Below, one piece after another: positions 26,908 through 37,452 of a stretch of DNA of 64,000 bases. Source of the DNA: Patescibacteria group bacterium (lineage in GTDB: Bacteria; Patescibacteriota; Patescibacteriia; UBA2591; JAQWAS01); NCBI GenBank assembly GCA_028707495.1, contig JAQWAS010000003.1, forward strand, positions 47,711 to 111,710. The letters run 5' to 3'. Made by a program: the position numbers and the translations under genes. The notes under the pieces are model-generated. The model ran no database searches. It saw nothing but the letters and a program-made list of their open reading frames with translations, and was not told the DNA's origin. The stretch's first letter is position 1, and the number at the start of each line of letters is the position of its first letter.

Positions 26908-28044
26908 ATGGAAAACAACCATGAAAAATCTTTTTTAGTTTATCAACCTGAAAATAAAGATTTATCACCAGAAAAAGTGCAATTAGAAATTGAGTCTTTA
27001 GGTTTAAATATTCAAGAAATTTTAGAATTAAAAGCACAAACTTTGGAAAACATACAACAAGACACTCAATCTCAAGATTCAATGAACGTTAAAGATCGTA
27101 GAGCCAAGCAAGGTGAAAGATTTGTTGATTTTAAAGAAAAAGAAAATATCAGACAAGTAGATTTGGTTGAAACTAAAAAAGGTTTTTATTTTGAATATCG
27201 TAATTCAAAGGGCGAAAAACAAGTTGTTTCTGAATCGGAAATGATTACAGATATGGAGTGGGGAGTTTATTATGATTTAAATCATCAAATTGTTTCAAAA
27301 GAAATTTATCAAAAATATAATACTTGGCGTGAAAAATATACTCAAGCTTATTTTGATAAATTAGTTCGTGATAAAAAAGATAGACAACTTATTTTACAAA
27401 GATTGTTTGTTGACAATGTTGGTCAGCAAGATTTATATTTAGCCCAAGCTTATGAATCATTATTAGAAGGCAAAGATGAACGCAAGGCTGGTTTTGTTTT
27501 TGAAAAAATGATTCAATCAACTTTGAAAAAAATTAGCTTAGATCTGGGAGAAGAATGGGGATTAGAATATATTGAAGCTGACGTAGTTGATGATGTAGAA
27601 TTTAAAACTGACTGTATTTTAAAAATTGAAGATAAGCATCATCGTGCAACTGGGGTTGAAGAGATAAGTTCAGATACAAAACGCAAAGGTATTCAATTAA
27701 CTCTTAAAAAATCTGGGCAAAAAGAATTTGATGATAAAAAGAGACAAGTCGAAAGCGTTAAAAAGAAATTACATCAGCATGGATTAAGCCAAGAAATGTT
27801 GCCGATTGATGATTTAGTTTTATTATCGGTTGATGTAGACAATCCTGAAATTATGGATAAATATAATCAGTGGCAAAAGGATCACCAAAAATCCGGTGGT
27901 CCAGAAAAAATATTTAAGCCACAGCGGTTGATGGAAATTTTGTCAGGTATTTTTCAGGATTCGGCCTTGGATTTTAATCAGAACGATGAATTTAAAAAAG
28001 TTTTATTAGATTATTTTGATAAACAAGGTTACGGTAAAAATTAA
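26908..28044 (+). CDS. Hypothetical protein, possible PD-(D/E)XK-like fold
   Basis: 378-aa ORF; GFVFEK...DVVDDVEFKTDCIL...GIQLT pattern. Confidence 0.6.
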   Translation: MENNHEKSFLVYQPENKDLSPEKVQLEIESLGLNIQEILELKAQTLENIQQDTQSQDSMNVKDRRAKQGERFVDFKEKENIRQVDLVETKKGFYFEYRNSKGEKQVVSESEMITDMEWGVYYDLNHQIVSKEIYQKYNTWREKYTQAYFDKLVRDKKDRQLILQRLFVDNVGQQDLYLAQAYESLLEGKDERKAGFVFEKMIQSTLKKISLDLGEEWGLEYIEADVVDDVEFKTDCILKIEDKHHRATGVEEISSDTKRKGIQLTLKKSGQKEFDDKKRQVESVKKKLHQHGLSQEMLPIDDLVLLSVDVDNPEIMDKYNQWQKDHQKSGGPEKIFKPQRLMEILSGIFQDSALDFNQNDEFKKVLLDYFDKQGYGKN

Positions 28045-28062
28045 AAATTATTTAAAATAAAA

Positions 28063-29187
28063 ATGGGTAAAGATTATTACAAAATTTTAGGAGTGAATAA
28101 AAACGCTTCGCCGGAAGAAATTAAAAAAGCTTTTCGTAAATTAGCGCACGAGTGTCATCCTGATAAACCGGGTGGCGATGAAAAGAGGTTTAAAGAATTA
28201 AACGAGGCTTATCAGGTTTTAGGTAATCCGCACAAGCGTCAGCAATATGATCAATTTGGTTCAGCTTTTGAACAAGCTCAATCACATGGCGGGACACACG
28301 GTTTTAGGGATTTTCGTGATTTCAGCGCCTATACTGATGCTTTTGGCCAAAATGGCGCTAATTTTAATTTTAACGACATGGAATTTGATTTGGGCGATAT
28401 TTTATCGTCAGCTTTTGGTTTTTCTGGGTTTGATGGTCAGCGGTCAAGTAATCGGTCTCGTCGAGGCCAAGACATTAAAATAGATTTAACTTTAAATTTC
28501 GAAGAAGCAGTTTTTGGAGTAGAAAAGAAAATAAAAATTACTAAAAATATAATTTGTCAGCACTGCCAAGGCAAAGGAGTCGAACCTGGCAGTCAGATGA
28601 AAAAATGTTCTCAATGTGGTGGGAGAGGCCAGGTGCGCGTAGCACGTCAAACAATGTTTGGTACTTTTCAAAGCGTGAGCGTTTGTCCAGATTGTCAGGG
28701 TAAAGGCGAAGTACCGGAAAAGAAATGTTCAAAGTGTAATGGTTTGGGAATCGTTAAAGACGAATCAGAAATTGAAGTTAAAGTCCCGGCTGGCATTCAT
28801 CATGGTGAAATTTTAAAATTATCAGGTCAAGGTCAGGCCGGACAACAAAGGGCATCGGCCGGCGATTTATATATTCATATAGCAGTTAAACCTCATACCG
28901 ATTTTAATCGTCAAGGCGATGATATTCTATCTGAACGAAAAATTAATTTTTCACAAGCAGCTTTGGGTGATAAAATTAAAATTCAAACTTTACATGGAGA
29001 TGTGATGTTAAAAATTCCGGCTGGCACGCAGAGTGGTAAAATTTTTAAATTAAAAAATAAGGGTGTACCCAAATTGCGTGGTTATGGTAAGGGTGACCAT
29101 TTGGTTAAAATTATAGTTAAAACTCCAGAAAGTTTAACCAGAGAACAAAAGAAAATTTTTGAAGAATTGCAAAAAATAGAAGAATAG
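28063..29187 (+). CDS. dnaJ: Chaperone DnaJ
   Basis: J-domain HPD, G/F region, four CxxCxGxG zinc motifs. Confidence 0.97.
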   Translation: MGKDYYKILGVNKNASPEEIKKAFRKLAHECHPDKPGGDEKRFKELNEAYQVLGNPHKRQQYDQFGSAFEQAQSHGGTHGFRDFRDFSAYTDAFGQNGANFNFNDMEFDLGDILSSAFGFSGFDGQRSSNRSRRGQDIKIDLTLNFEEAVFGVEKKIKITKNIICQHCQGKGVEPGSQMKKCSQCGGRGQVRVARQTMFGTFQSVSVCPDCQGKGEVPEKKCSKCNGLGIVKDESEIEVKVPAGIHHGEILKLSGQGQAGQQRASAGDLYIHIAVKPHTDFNRQGDDILSERKINFSQAALGDKIKIQTLHGDVMLKIPAGTQSGKIFKLKNKGVPKLRGYGKGDHLVKIIVKTPESLTREQKKIFEELQKIEE

Positions 29188-29214
29188 TTTTAATTTATAA
29201 AATAAAACTATTTT

Positions 29215-30312
29215 ATGAATAATCAGTCTGACTATCAAATTTATTCCAATTCGCAAGAGGCCTGGCAAGCAATGTATCAGGCTATTTTAAATTCTCAAAA
29301 ATCAATCTATTGGGAATTATATATTTTTGTTGATGATGAGGCTGGTCAGCCTTTTTTTGATATTTTAGAGCAAAAAGCTCGTCAAGGTTTAGATGTTAAA
29401 TTAATAGTCGATTCAGCTGGGAGTTTTTGGTTGTCACGCAAAAGAATTCAAAGTTTGAAAAAATCAGGCGTGGATATTCGATTTTTTTATGAAAGTAAAA
29501 AATCTTTTTTAAAATTTTGGCGAAGAATAACCAACAGGGATCATCGTAAAATTTTAATTATTGACGAAGAGGTTGGTTTTATCGGCGGAGTTAATATTCA
29601 AAAACACATGCGAGAATGGCTGGATATCCAAATTAAAATTGAAGGTAAGGTGGTGCGATCTTTGTTAAGATCTTTTGCTAAATTTTACATTCTATGTGGT
29701 GGAGATAAAAAAAATGTTCATCATTTATTAAAGTATAAATTTAGAACTAAAAATAATAAATTTAATTTTGTTTTTGACGATGCCGATTATAAGAAATCTT
29801 TTGCTAGAAAAAAATACACTCAAGCCTTATTCAAGGCTCGTAAAAGAGTTATTCTTTTTTCACCTTATTATTTTCCAGATAAAAAATTTTTATATGCGCT
29901 TTGGAAAGCGCGTCAGCGAGGAATCAAAATTGATTTATTAATTCCCTTCAGAACTGATGTTAGAATTATTCAATATGCAGCTTATGCCAAGTTTGCTTTT
30001 TTAAAAAAAATTGGTGTGAATGTTCATTTAGTTGAAAAAATGATGCATGGTAAAGGCGTAATTAAAGATAATGATTGGGCCATGGTTGGAAGTAGCAATT
30101 TAGATCAATCGAGTTTTTATGATAATTATGAAGCTAATCTGGAAATAAAAAATAAGAAAAATATTCAACAACTTAAAAAAACAATTTTAGCTTGGATAAG
30201 TTCGGCTAAAAAGCTGGAAGATTTTAATTGGAAAAGAAGGGGAAACTGGCAACGTTTAAAGGAAAAAATCGCTTTTAAACTGTGTCAACTATGGCATATT
30301 AAAAAGGGTTAA
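29215..30312 (+). CDS. Phospholipase D family / cardiolipin synthase (ClsB-like)
   Basis: Two HKD motifs: HRKILIID...GGVN and HGKGVIKD...GSSN. Confidence 0.88.
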   Translation: MNNQSDYQIYSNSQEAWQAMYQAILNSQKSIYWELYIFVDDEAGQPFFDILEQKARQGLDVKLIVDSAGSFWLSRKRIQSLKKSGVDIRFFYESKKSFLKFWRRITNRDHRKILIIDEEVGFIGGVNIQKHMREWLDIQIKIEGKVVRSLLRSFAKFYILCGGDKKNVHHLLKYKFRTKNNKFNFVFDDADYKKSFARKKYTQALFKARKRVILFSPYYFPDKKFLYALWKARQRGIKIDLLIPFRTDVRIIQYAAYAKFAFLKKIGVNVHLVEKMMHGKGVIKDNDWAMVGSSNLDQSSFYDNYEANLEIKNKKNIQQLKKTILAWISSAKKLEDFNWKRRGNWQRLKEKIAFKLCQLWHIKKG

Positions 30313-30425
30313 GGTTGTTGTCTTGGTTTTTTAAAAATAAAAAACAAATTATCTACTTTATCCACTTTTCTATTTTTTTAAAAATGTAGTATAATATATT
30401 ATTATCAAAACAAAAATATTTTTAT

Positions 30426-31028
30426 ATGTTTTTAACACCTATCCTGGCGCAGGCCAATTCAGAAGAATTAGCTGGTTTAGTTGATAAAGTTAATTTAAGC
30501 AATCCAAGTTGGGATTTGTTTATTATTTTACTTTTTGTAATTGTGGCTTTTTTCTATGGTATTTCTTTGGGACGTGATCGCGTTCTGGTAATTTTAGTGA
30601 GTATTTATATGGCCACGGCGGTCGCTAAATTTATTCCTAATGTTGGGAATATTTCGGCGATGGTAGGAGCTGGCGATCAACAGTTTGTTTTTCAAGTAAC
30701 CTTTTTTCTAGTCTTGTTTATTATAATGTTTATTTTTTTGTCGCGGTCGGCTTTGTTAAAAACTATTGCTTCATCAGAAAGCCAAACGAATTGGTTTCAG
30801 TCAGTAGTTTTTAGTTTTTTACATATCGGATTATTAATTAGTATTACTTTGTCTTTTTTACCAGAGGAGAGTTTAAGTTCTTTATCATATTTAACTAAAA
30901 ATATTTTTACTAACGAATGGGCGCGTTTGGCTTGGTTGTGTGTGCCAGTTTTATTAATGGCAATCGTTGGCGGCAAAAAGAAAAAACACTCTAAAAAGCG
31001 TGATTATGATGATGATGAAAATTATTAA
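30426..31028 (+). CDS. Hypothetical multi-pass membrane protein
   Basis: About 5 hydrophobic segments. Confidence 0.7.
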   Translation: MFLTPILAQANSEELAGLVDKVNLSNPSWDLFIILLFVIVAFFYGISLGRDRVLVILVSIYMATAVAKFIPNVGNISAMVGAGDQQFVFQVTFFLVLFIIMFIFLSRSALLKTIASSESQTNWFQSVVFSFLHIGLLISITLSFLPEESLSSLSYLTKNIFTNEWARLAWLCVPVLLMAIVGGKKKKHSKKRDYDDDENY

Positions 31029-31162
31029 ATTATATATTTAAATAAATTTATTTTTTAAATAAAATTTTTTTAAGAGAGGTCTGTAATTGGGATCTTCTTT
31101 TTTTTATTGACCTAGATTTTAATTTATGATAGTATGATTAAATATTATTTATATTTATCCAC

Positions 31163-33196
31163 ATGTCACAACGTAAAAAAATTTGGTTAAGCTTTGCAGC
31201 TATTTTAATTATAGCCCTTTTTTGCGGTGCTGTTGATTATCCCAAATTACCTTGGGATAATAAAGTAGCTAATTGGTTTACCAATCAAAAAGTTCATCTA
31301 GGTTTAGACCTGCAAGGCGGAACGCATTTAGTTTATCAAGCTGATGTCAGCAATATCGAATCAGAAGAAAAGGGTTCAGCTGTTGAAGGTGTCAGAGATG
31401 TGATTGAACGTCGGGTTAACACTTTTGGCGTTTCTGAGCCAGTCGTTCAAACTAATAAAGTTAAAAATACTTGGCGAATTATTGTAGAATTACCAGGCGT
31501 TAAAGACGTTAAACAGGCGATTCAAATGATTGGAGAAACGCCTTTATTAGAATTTAAAGAACAAAAAGACGCACCCGAGGCTGAGGAAAAATTAAAAATT
31601 GAGAGTCAAGCACAAGAGATTTTAACTGAAGTCAAAAATAATCCAGCGCAGTTTAATGAAATTGCTCAACGAGTCGCAGATGAAAATTCTGGTATAGAAT
31701 TTAATGCCGATCAAATAAAATTTAAAGATGAAATAGATGCTTCAATTCGTGATCAGGTTTGGAATATGTATCAAGGACAGATTTCAAAGGTGATTGAGGG
31801 TAATTTAGGCTATATGGTTTTAGATCAGAATGTGGTGCCACGCGCGGGTTATTACATTATAAAAATAGACGATAAAAAATATAACATAGAAAGAATTGAA
31901 GAAAATCAAGACCAAGAGGTAAAAGCTTCACATATTTTAATTGCCTATCAAGGAGCTGAACGAGCGACAACCGATAGAAGTCAAGAAGAAGCTAAAACTT
32001 TAGCTGAGGAATTGTTAGATCGTATAAAAAATAATGGCGAGAATTTAGCTGATTTAGCTAAAGAATATTCAGATTGTAGTAGTGCTGAAATGGGTGGCGA
32101 CTTGGGATTCTTTGGTAAAGGAACTATGGCGCCGGAATTTGAAGAGGCGGCCTTTAATTTAGAAAAAGATCAAATTTCAGATATAGTTGAAACTAATTTT
32201 GGCTATCATATTATTCAAGTGACTGACATTAAAGGCGAGACTGAAACTAAAACTTATGAAGATCAAATCGTTTACAGTTCACTTTTCTTTGGTATTACTT
32301 ATGATCCTTGGCAAAACACTGGTTTAAGTGGTCAACAATTACAAATCGCACGAGTTGAGTTTGATCCCAATACTGGCGCACCAGAAATAGCTTTAGAATT
32401 TAATCAAGAGGGAGCAGATTTATTTGCGGCCATTACCGAACGCAACGTCGGTCAGCCGGTAGCGATTTTCTTAGATGGTCAGGCAATTAGCATTCCAACA
32501 GTTAATGAAAAAATTCCTGACGGTAAAGCGGTCATTAGTGGTAAATTTAACATCACTGAAGCTAAATTATTAGCTCAACGTTTAAGTGCTGGTGCTTTGC
32601 CAGTACCAATTGAATTAATTTCACAACAAACAGTTGGTGCTTCTTTGGGCCAAGATTCTGTGGCTAAAAGTTTAAAAGCTGGATTGATCGGTTTAATTCT
32701 AATTGCTTTGTTTATGATAATTTTATATCGTTGGCCAGGTGTCTTAGCTGTTTTGGCTTTAATTTTATACAGCGTTATAACTTTAGCTGTTTTTGAATTA
32801 ATTCCCATCACTCTAACCTTAGCTGGAATTGCTGGGTTTATTTTATCTATTGGTATGGCAGTTGATGCTAATGTTTTAATTTTTGAAAGATTAAAAGAAG
32901 AGCTTAAAGATGGTAAGCCTTTAGACTTAGCCGTTAAGGATGGTTTTGATCGAGCCTGGACTTCAATTCGTGATGGTAATTTATCAACCTTAATTACTTG
33001 TGTAATTTTATATTGGTTTGGTACGAGCATGATTAAGGGCTTTGGTTTAACTTTAGGTCTTGGTGTTGTTTTGAGTATGTTTTCAGCCATTGTCATTACA
33101 AAAACATTTTTAAGATTATTTGGTGGTAGGGGTAAAAGATTGTGGTTGTATGGAGTTAAAAATAAACAACAAGATAAAGATTTAGAAATTAATTAA
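31163..33196 (+). CDS. secD: Protein translocase SecD with inserted parvulin PPIase domain
   Basis: LGLDLQGG, IERRVNTFGVSEP, GMAVDANVLIFER; insert VKASHILI...GGDLGFF...MAPEFEEAAF...FGYHII. Confidence 0.95.
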   Translation: MSQRKKIWLSFAAILIIALFCGAVDYPKLPWDNKVANWFTNQKVHLGLDLQGGTHLVYQADVSNIESEEKGSAVEGVRDVIERRVNTFGVSEPVVQTNKVKNTWRIIVELPGVKDVKQAIQMIGETPLLEFKEQKDAPEAEEKLKIESQAQEILTEVKNNPAQFNEIAQRVADENSGIEFNADQIKFKDEIDASIRDQVWNMYQGQISKVIEGNLGYMVLDQNVVPRAGYYIIKIDDKKYNIERIEENQDQEVKASHILIAYQGAERATTDRSQEEAKTLAEELLDRIKNNGENLADLAKEYSDCSSAEMGGDLGFFGKGTMAPEFEEAAFNLEKDQISDIVETNFGYHIIQVTDIKGETETKTYEDQIVYSSLFFGITYDPWQNTGLSGQQLQIARVEFDPNTGAPEIALEFNQEGADLFAAITERNVGQPVAIFLDGQAISIPTVNEKIPDGKAVISGKFNITEAKLLAQRLSAGALPVPIELISQQTVGASLGQDSVAKSLKAGLIGLILIALFMIILYRWPGVLAVLALILYSVITLAVFELIPITLTLAGIAGFILSIGMAVDANVLIFERLKEELKDGKPLDLAVKDGFDRAWTSIRDGNLSTLITCVILYWFGTSMIKGFGLTLGLGVVLSMFSAIVITKTFLRLFGGRGKRLWLYGVKNKQQDKDLEIN

Positions 33197-33201
33197 TTCC
33201 T

Positions 33202-34101
33202 ATGATAAAAATAATTCAAAAAAGAAAAATTTGGTTCAGCCTGTCAATTGTTTTAATAATTTTGAGTATTTTAAGTTTAATTTTTTGGGGTTTGCCATTA
33301 TCAATCGATTTTAAAGGCGGAAGCTTATTGGAAATTGGCTTCGAAGACGAGCGACCGAGTACCGGTGAAATTAAACAAACCTTAAATGATTTAGGTTTGG
33401 GCGAAATTCAGGTTCAACCAACAGGAGAGCAGGATATGATTTTAAGAATGTCAATTGCAACCGAAGATGATCATCAAAGGGTAATTGAGAAAATAAATCA
33501 AACCTATCAAGGAGTTGAAGAAAAACGTTTCGAATCAGTTGGTCCAATTATCGGTTCCGAATTAAAACAAAAAGCTATTTATGCTTTAATTGTCGCTGCG
33601 ATTTGTATTATTTTATATATTGCTTGGGCATTCAGACGCGTGTCTAAACCGGTGGCTTCATGGAAGTTTGGTATAGTTGCTATCATAGCTTTAGCGCATG
33701 ATATTTTAATTACTTTGGGCGTAATTTCCATTATTGCCCATTTTTCAACTGGCATAGAGATTGGCGTGGCTTTTATTGCGGCTTTATTAACTATTTTAGG
33801 TTATTCGGTTAATGACACGATCGTAGTTTTTGATCGTACGCGTGAGAATTTATTAAAACACTATGGTGAAGATTTTGAAGAAACAGTCAATATGAGTGTT
33901 AACCAGACCATTACACGTTCGGTCAATACTTCAATTACAACTTTATTGGCTTTATTAGCAATTTATATTTTTGGTGGAGAGTCAATTAAATATTTTGCTT
34001 TAACTTTGATTGTTGGTATTATTTCAGGTACTTATTCTTCAATTTTCTTAGCTAGTCCGTTGGTTGTGGTTTGGGAGAAGATGAGAAATAGAGGCATTTA
34101 A
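33202..34101 (+). CDS. secF: Protein translocase SecF
   Basis: SIDFKGG, LAHD, GYSVNDTIVVFDRTRE, GTYSSIF. Confidence 0.96.
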   Translation: MIKIIQKRKIWFSLSIVLIILSILSLIFWGLPLSIDFKGGSLLEIGFEDERPSTGEIKQTLNDLGLGEIQVQPTGEQDMILRMSIATEDDHQRVIEKINQTYQGVEEKRFESVGPIIGSELKQKAIYALIVAAICIILYIAWAFRRVSKPVASWKFGIVAIIALAHDILITLGVISIIAHFSTGIEIGVAFIAALLTILGYSVNDTIVVFDRTRENLLKHYGEDFEETVNMSVNQTITRSVNTSITTLLALLAIYIFGGESIKYFALTLIVGIISGTYSSIFLASPLVVVWEKMRNRGI

Positions 34102-34170
34102 ACATACAAAAATTTAAACATATAGAAGGCGACATTCTGGAATGTCGCCTTTATTAATATTATTTTCATA

Positions 34171-34198
34171 TTGACAAGATTTTTATATATGTTACTAT
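34171..34198 (+). promoter_or_regulatory. Cassette-type promoter
   Basis: TTGACA-16 nt-TACTAT. Confidence 0.65.
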
Positions 34199-34249
34199 AA
34201 AGATAATGATTTTATTCATTGAAAAAACAAATTTTCTAAAGGAGGAAAA

Positions 34250-34471
34250 ATGGACGCTGAAGAAGCATTGAAAACAATTGACGCTTGGTGGGAATTTGGC
34301 GCTGACCGCCCCCCAGAAGAAATTACGCTAGAGGCCTGTAAAGTAATAATGACAACCTTTTCAGAGCGAAGTCCTGAATATGAAAGAGCAAAAAAAACAG
34401 CGTGTAAAATTCGAACTCATCCAAGTAAAATGTTAACCAGGGCAACTTTTGGAAAGGTTCGCTGTCCTTAA
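34250..34471 (+). CDS. Orphan small protein (73 aa)
   Basis: AAAGGAGG SD, own promoter, terminator at ~34496-34525. Confidence 0.7.
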   Translation: MDAEEALKTIDAWWEFGADRPPEEITLEACKVIMTTFSERSPEYERAKKTACKIRTHPSKMLTRATFGKVRCP

Positions 34472-34572
34472 GTGTTAAAATTTCAAAACACGAATAAGCT
34501 CCTTGTTGTACAAGGGGCTTTTTTATTTTTAGAAGGCCACACCGTTTTTACAATGTAATTCTGAGTTGTAGC

Positions 34573-34674
34573 TATCATCCCGAATTTATTTCAGGATCTT
34601 TAATTAAGCTAAACGTTTCTTGCTAGGACAAAGTACAAAGTATCAATAGATTCTGAAACAAATTCAGAATGACA
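34573..34674. repeat. Uninterrupted copy of the TCATCCYGAATTTATTTCAGGATCT...GATTCTGAAACAAATTCAGAATGACA element
   Basis: Aligns to the 23809 and 47443 copies but lacks their 21-nt insert. Confidence 0.8.
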
Positions 34675-34740
34675 CAGATAGGCGTATATTTTTTAAAATA
34701 AAAAAAGACTTTTCCATAGAAAAGTTAGTAGCAGTTAACA

Positions 34741-34768
34741 CTGGATTCCCGCCTATGCGGGAATGACA
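34741..34768. repeat. Solo REP-like arm
   Basis: CTGGATTCCCGCCTATGCGGGAATGACA, 1 difference from 15760-15787. Confidence 0.85.
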
Positions 34769-34774
34769 GTCTTA

Positions 34775-36208
34775 TCATTTTCTCGTCACATCACTGCCAT
34801 CGGGCGTATCTTTAACCTGCCAGCCGAGTTGGTCAAGTTTATCACGCAATTCATCAGCTTGGTCCCAGTTTTTATTTTTGCGAGCTTCTTGGCGTTCCTT
34901 AACTAAATCTAAAATTTCTCTAGGAATATCAATGTCGGTTTGGAGATTTTTAGCAATTTCTAAACCCAAAACATGATCTAGATTAAAAATAAATTCTTCA
35001 ATTAATTTTGCAGCTTTATGATTTAAATCTAATTTATTAATTTGATTAATAAAATTAAAAACAACCGCCAAACCTTCAGACATATTTAAATCATCATCCA
35101 GCGCTGAAATAAATTTTCGATTGGTTTGGCTGATGATTTTTTTAATTTCTTGAATATTCGACTTATTTTGATTAGCATTATTTTTAATTTGGCAAATTTG
35201 ATTAGTAAAATTATCAATTTTATCAATGGCTTTTTGACTAGCTTCTAGGGCTTGAAAAGTAAAATTTAATTGTTGGCGATAGTGAGTTGAAATTAATAAA
35301 TAACGAATTGCTCGGCTAGTATAATTTTTATTTAATAAATCTTTCAAGGTATAAAAATTACCTAAAGATTTAGACATTTTTTCACCCTCAACAATTAAAT
35401 GTTTGACGTGTAGCCAATATTTAACCCATTTTTTACCAGTTGAAGCTTCGGATTGGGCGATTTCACATTCATGATGAGGAAATTTATTATCTTCGCCACC
35501 AGTATGAATATCAAATTGTTCGCCTAAATACTTAATTGACATGGCTGAGCATTCTAAATGCCAACCCGGATAACCATGGTCATTCCAGGGGCTTTTCCAA
35601 AACATAATATGTTTAGGATCATAAATCCACAAAGCAAAATCCCAAGGATTTTTTTTATCAGGATTAACTTCAATTCTTTTACCAGCTTGGAGTTGTTTTA
35701 AAGTATTGCCAGAGAGTTTGCCGTATTTTTTAAATTTAGTTACATCAAAATAAACAGATTGGTTTGATTCATAAGCATAACCTTTGTCAACTAGAGTTTC
35801 AACCAATTTAATCATTTCCGGAATGTGTTGTGAGGCGCGGGGATATTCAGTCGCTGGTTGAATATTTAATTTTTCAATATCATCGAAAAAAGCTTTTTCG
35901 TAAAAAGTCGCAATCTCTTGGGGTGTCTTTTTTTCTTTTTGGGCACTAGTTTCTAATTTATCATCACCGGTTTCAGCATCAGCTACCATATGACCCACGT
36001 CGGTAATATTCATTACTTGTTGGACTTGATAGCCTTTAAATTCTAAATAACGTTTTAAGACATCAGCAAACAAAAAAGATCTCAGATTGCCGAGATGAAT
36101 ATAATTATAAACCGTCGGTCCGCAATTGTACATGCGAACGTGTTTTGATTCTAGAGATTTAAAAACCTCTTTTTTGTTGGTTAAACTATTAAATAATTTT
36201 AAAGCCAT
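34775..36208 (-). CDS. cysS: Cysteine--tRNA ligase
   Basis: CGPTVY, HLGN (HIGH), PGWHLECS, FPHHECE, KMSKS. Confidence 0.97.
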   Translation of the reverse strand: MALKLFNSLTNKKEVFKSLESKHVRMYNCGPTVYNYIHLGNLRSFLFADVLKRYLEFKGYQVQQVMNITDVGHMVADAETGDDKLETSAQKEKKTPQEIATFYEKAFFDDIEKLNIQPATEYPRASQHIPEMIKLVETLVDKGYAYESNQSVYFDVTKFKKYGKLSGNTLKQLQAGKRIEVNPDKKNPWDFALWIYDPKHIMFWKSPWNDHGYPGWHLECSAMSIKYLGEQFDIHTGGEDNKFPHHECEIAQSEASTGKKWVKYWLHVKHLIVEGEKMSKSLGNFYTLKDLLNKNYTSRAIRYLLISTHYRQQLNFTFQALEASQKAIDKIDNFTNQICQIKNNANQNKSNIQEIKKIISQTNRKFISALDDDLNMSEGLAVVFNFINQINKLDLNHKAAKLIEEFIFNLDHVLGLEIAKNLQTDIDIPREILDLVKERQEARKNKNWDQADELRDKLDQLGWQVKDTPDGSDVTRK

Positions 36209-37140
36209 TTTTTGTGTTTAAAAACAGAAAACATAATTAAGGTGCCCAGAATCATAATACTTACGACAGCCCAAAAACCGAAAGGTGAATCAACAAAGGG
36301 CATACCACCCAAGGTATTCATACCAAAAATGGCAGCCAATAAAGTTAAAGGAAAAACAATAACTGAAAAGATAGTCAAAGTCTTCATGATAGTGTTGAGA
36401 CGATTAGACAACATGGATTCGTTAGTTGAATAGAGCGCTTCAATGGTTTCTTTGTAGTTTTCTAAATATTCCCAAATTTCTTTGGTGTGTTCGATTAAGT
36501 TTTTGAAATAGATATCAATTTTTTGGTCGATAATGAAAATGTTGGTTGAACGGTCGATTAATTTTTTAATTACAGTTTTGTGTGATTGCATGGTTTTACG
36601 AAAATTAATCGTATTGCGTCGGACATTAAAAATATTATTTAAAATAGTTTTTTGTTGACCGGAAAAGATGTTTTTCTCAATTTCATCCAAATCTAAATTA
36701 ATATGATTTAAAATTGGATAACAATAGACGATTAAATTATGTAAAATTTCATAGAGTAGGGTAGCGGGGTTGGTGGATAATAAATTATTTTTTAATTCAG
36801 TATTTTTTTGACAATTATTAAATAATTCTATAACTGGTGTTAAATCGTTATTATGCACAGTCACAATAAAATTTTTACCGATAAAAAAGTCAATTTCCGC
36901 TGCACGGAGGGCCTGCTCTTGGCGATTGTAAACTGGAAATTGTAGAATCATAAATAAGTAGTCAGGACGTTCTAAAAGTTTAGGGCGTTGAAGTGGAGGT
37001 AAACAATCTTTTAAATCTAATGGATGAAAATTAAATTCTTTTTTTAGAAATTCCATTTGGGGTTTGCCACAAAAATTAATATCAACCCAGGTAAAATTTT
37101 GGTTAGTCAATTGTTTGACCTTTTTAGGTAAAATAGACAT
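36199..37140 (-). CDS. corA: CorA-family Mg2+ transporter
   Basis: IMKTLTIFS...FGMN signature and two C-terminal TM helices. Confidence 0.9.
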   Translation of the reverse strand: MSILPKKVKQLTNQNFTWVDINFCGKPQMEFLKKEFNFHPLDLKDCLPPLQRPKLLERPDYLFMILQFPVYNRQEQALRAAEIDFFIGKNFIVTVHNNDLTPVIELFNNCQKNTELKNNLLSTNPATLLYEILHNLIVYCYPILNHINLDLDEIEKNIFSGQQKTILNNIFNVRRNTINFRKTMQSHKTVIKKLIDRSTNIFIIDQKIDIYFKNLIEHTKEIWEYLENYKETIEALYSTNESMLSNRLNTIMKTLTIFSVIVFPLTLLAAIFGMNTLGGMPFVDSPFGFWAVVSIMILGTLIMFSVFKHKKWL

Positions 37141-37452
37141 ATTTTTATTTTATTGATAATAATTTATTATAACATAAAAACATTTAAATATACAAACATT
37201 TAAACATTTAAACATTTAAACATAAAGACATTTAAATATAATATTAATACACTAATTAATGCCAATAATGCAAATGATTCATATTAGTATCGTTGTGGGT
37301 TAGTCGGTAGACTGATGAAGTAATTTTATAAAATAGTATTTGGCCACCAATTTACTGAATTGCTTCGCTACGTTTGCAATAACACTGTAAAATGTTTGTC
37401 TATACACATTAAATATAGTATAATATAGACATATCAATTTAAACTTAAAAAT

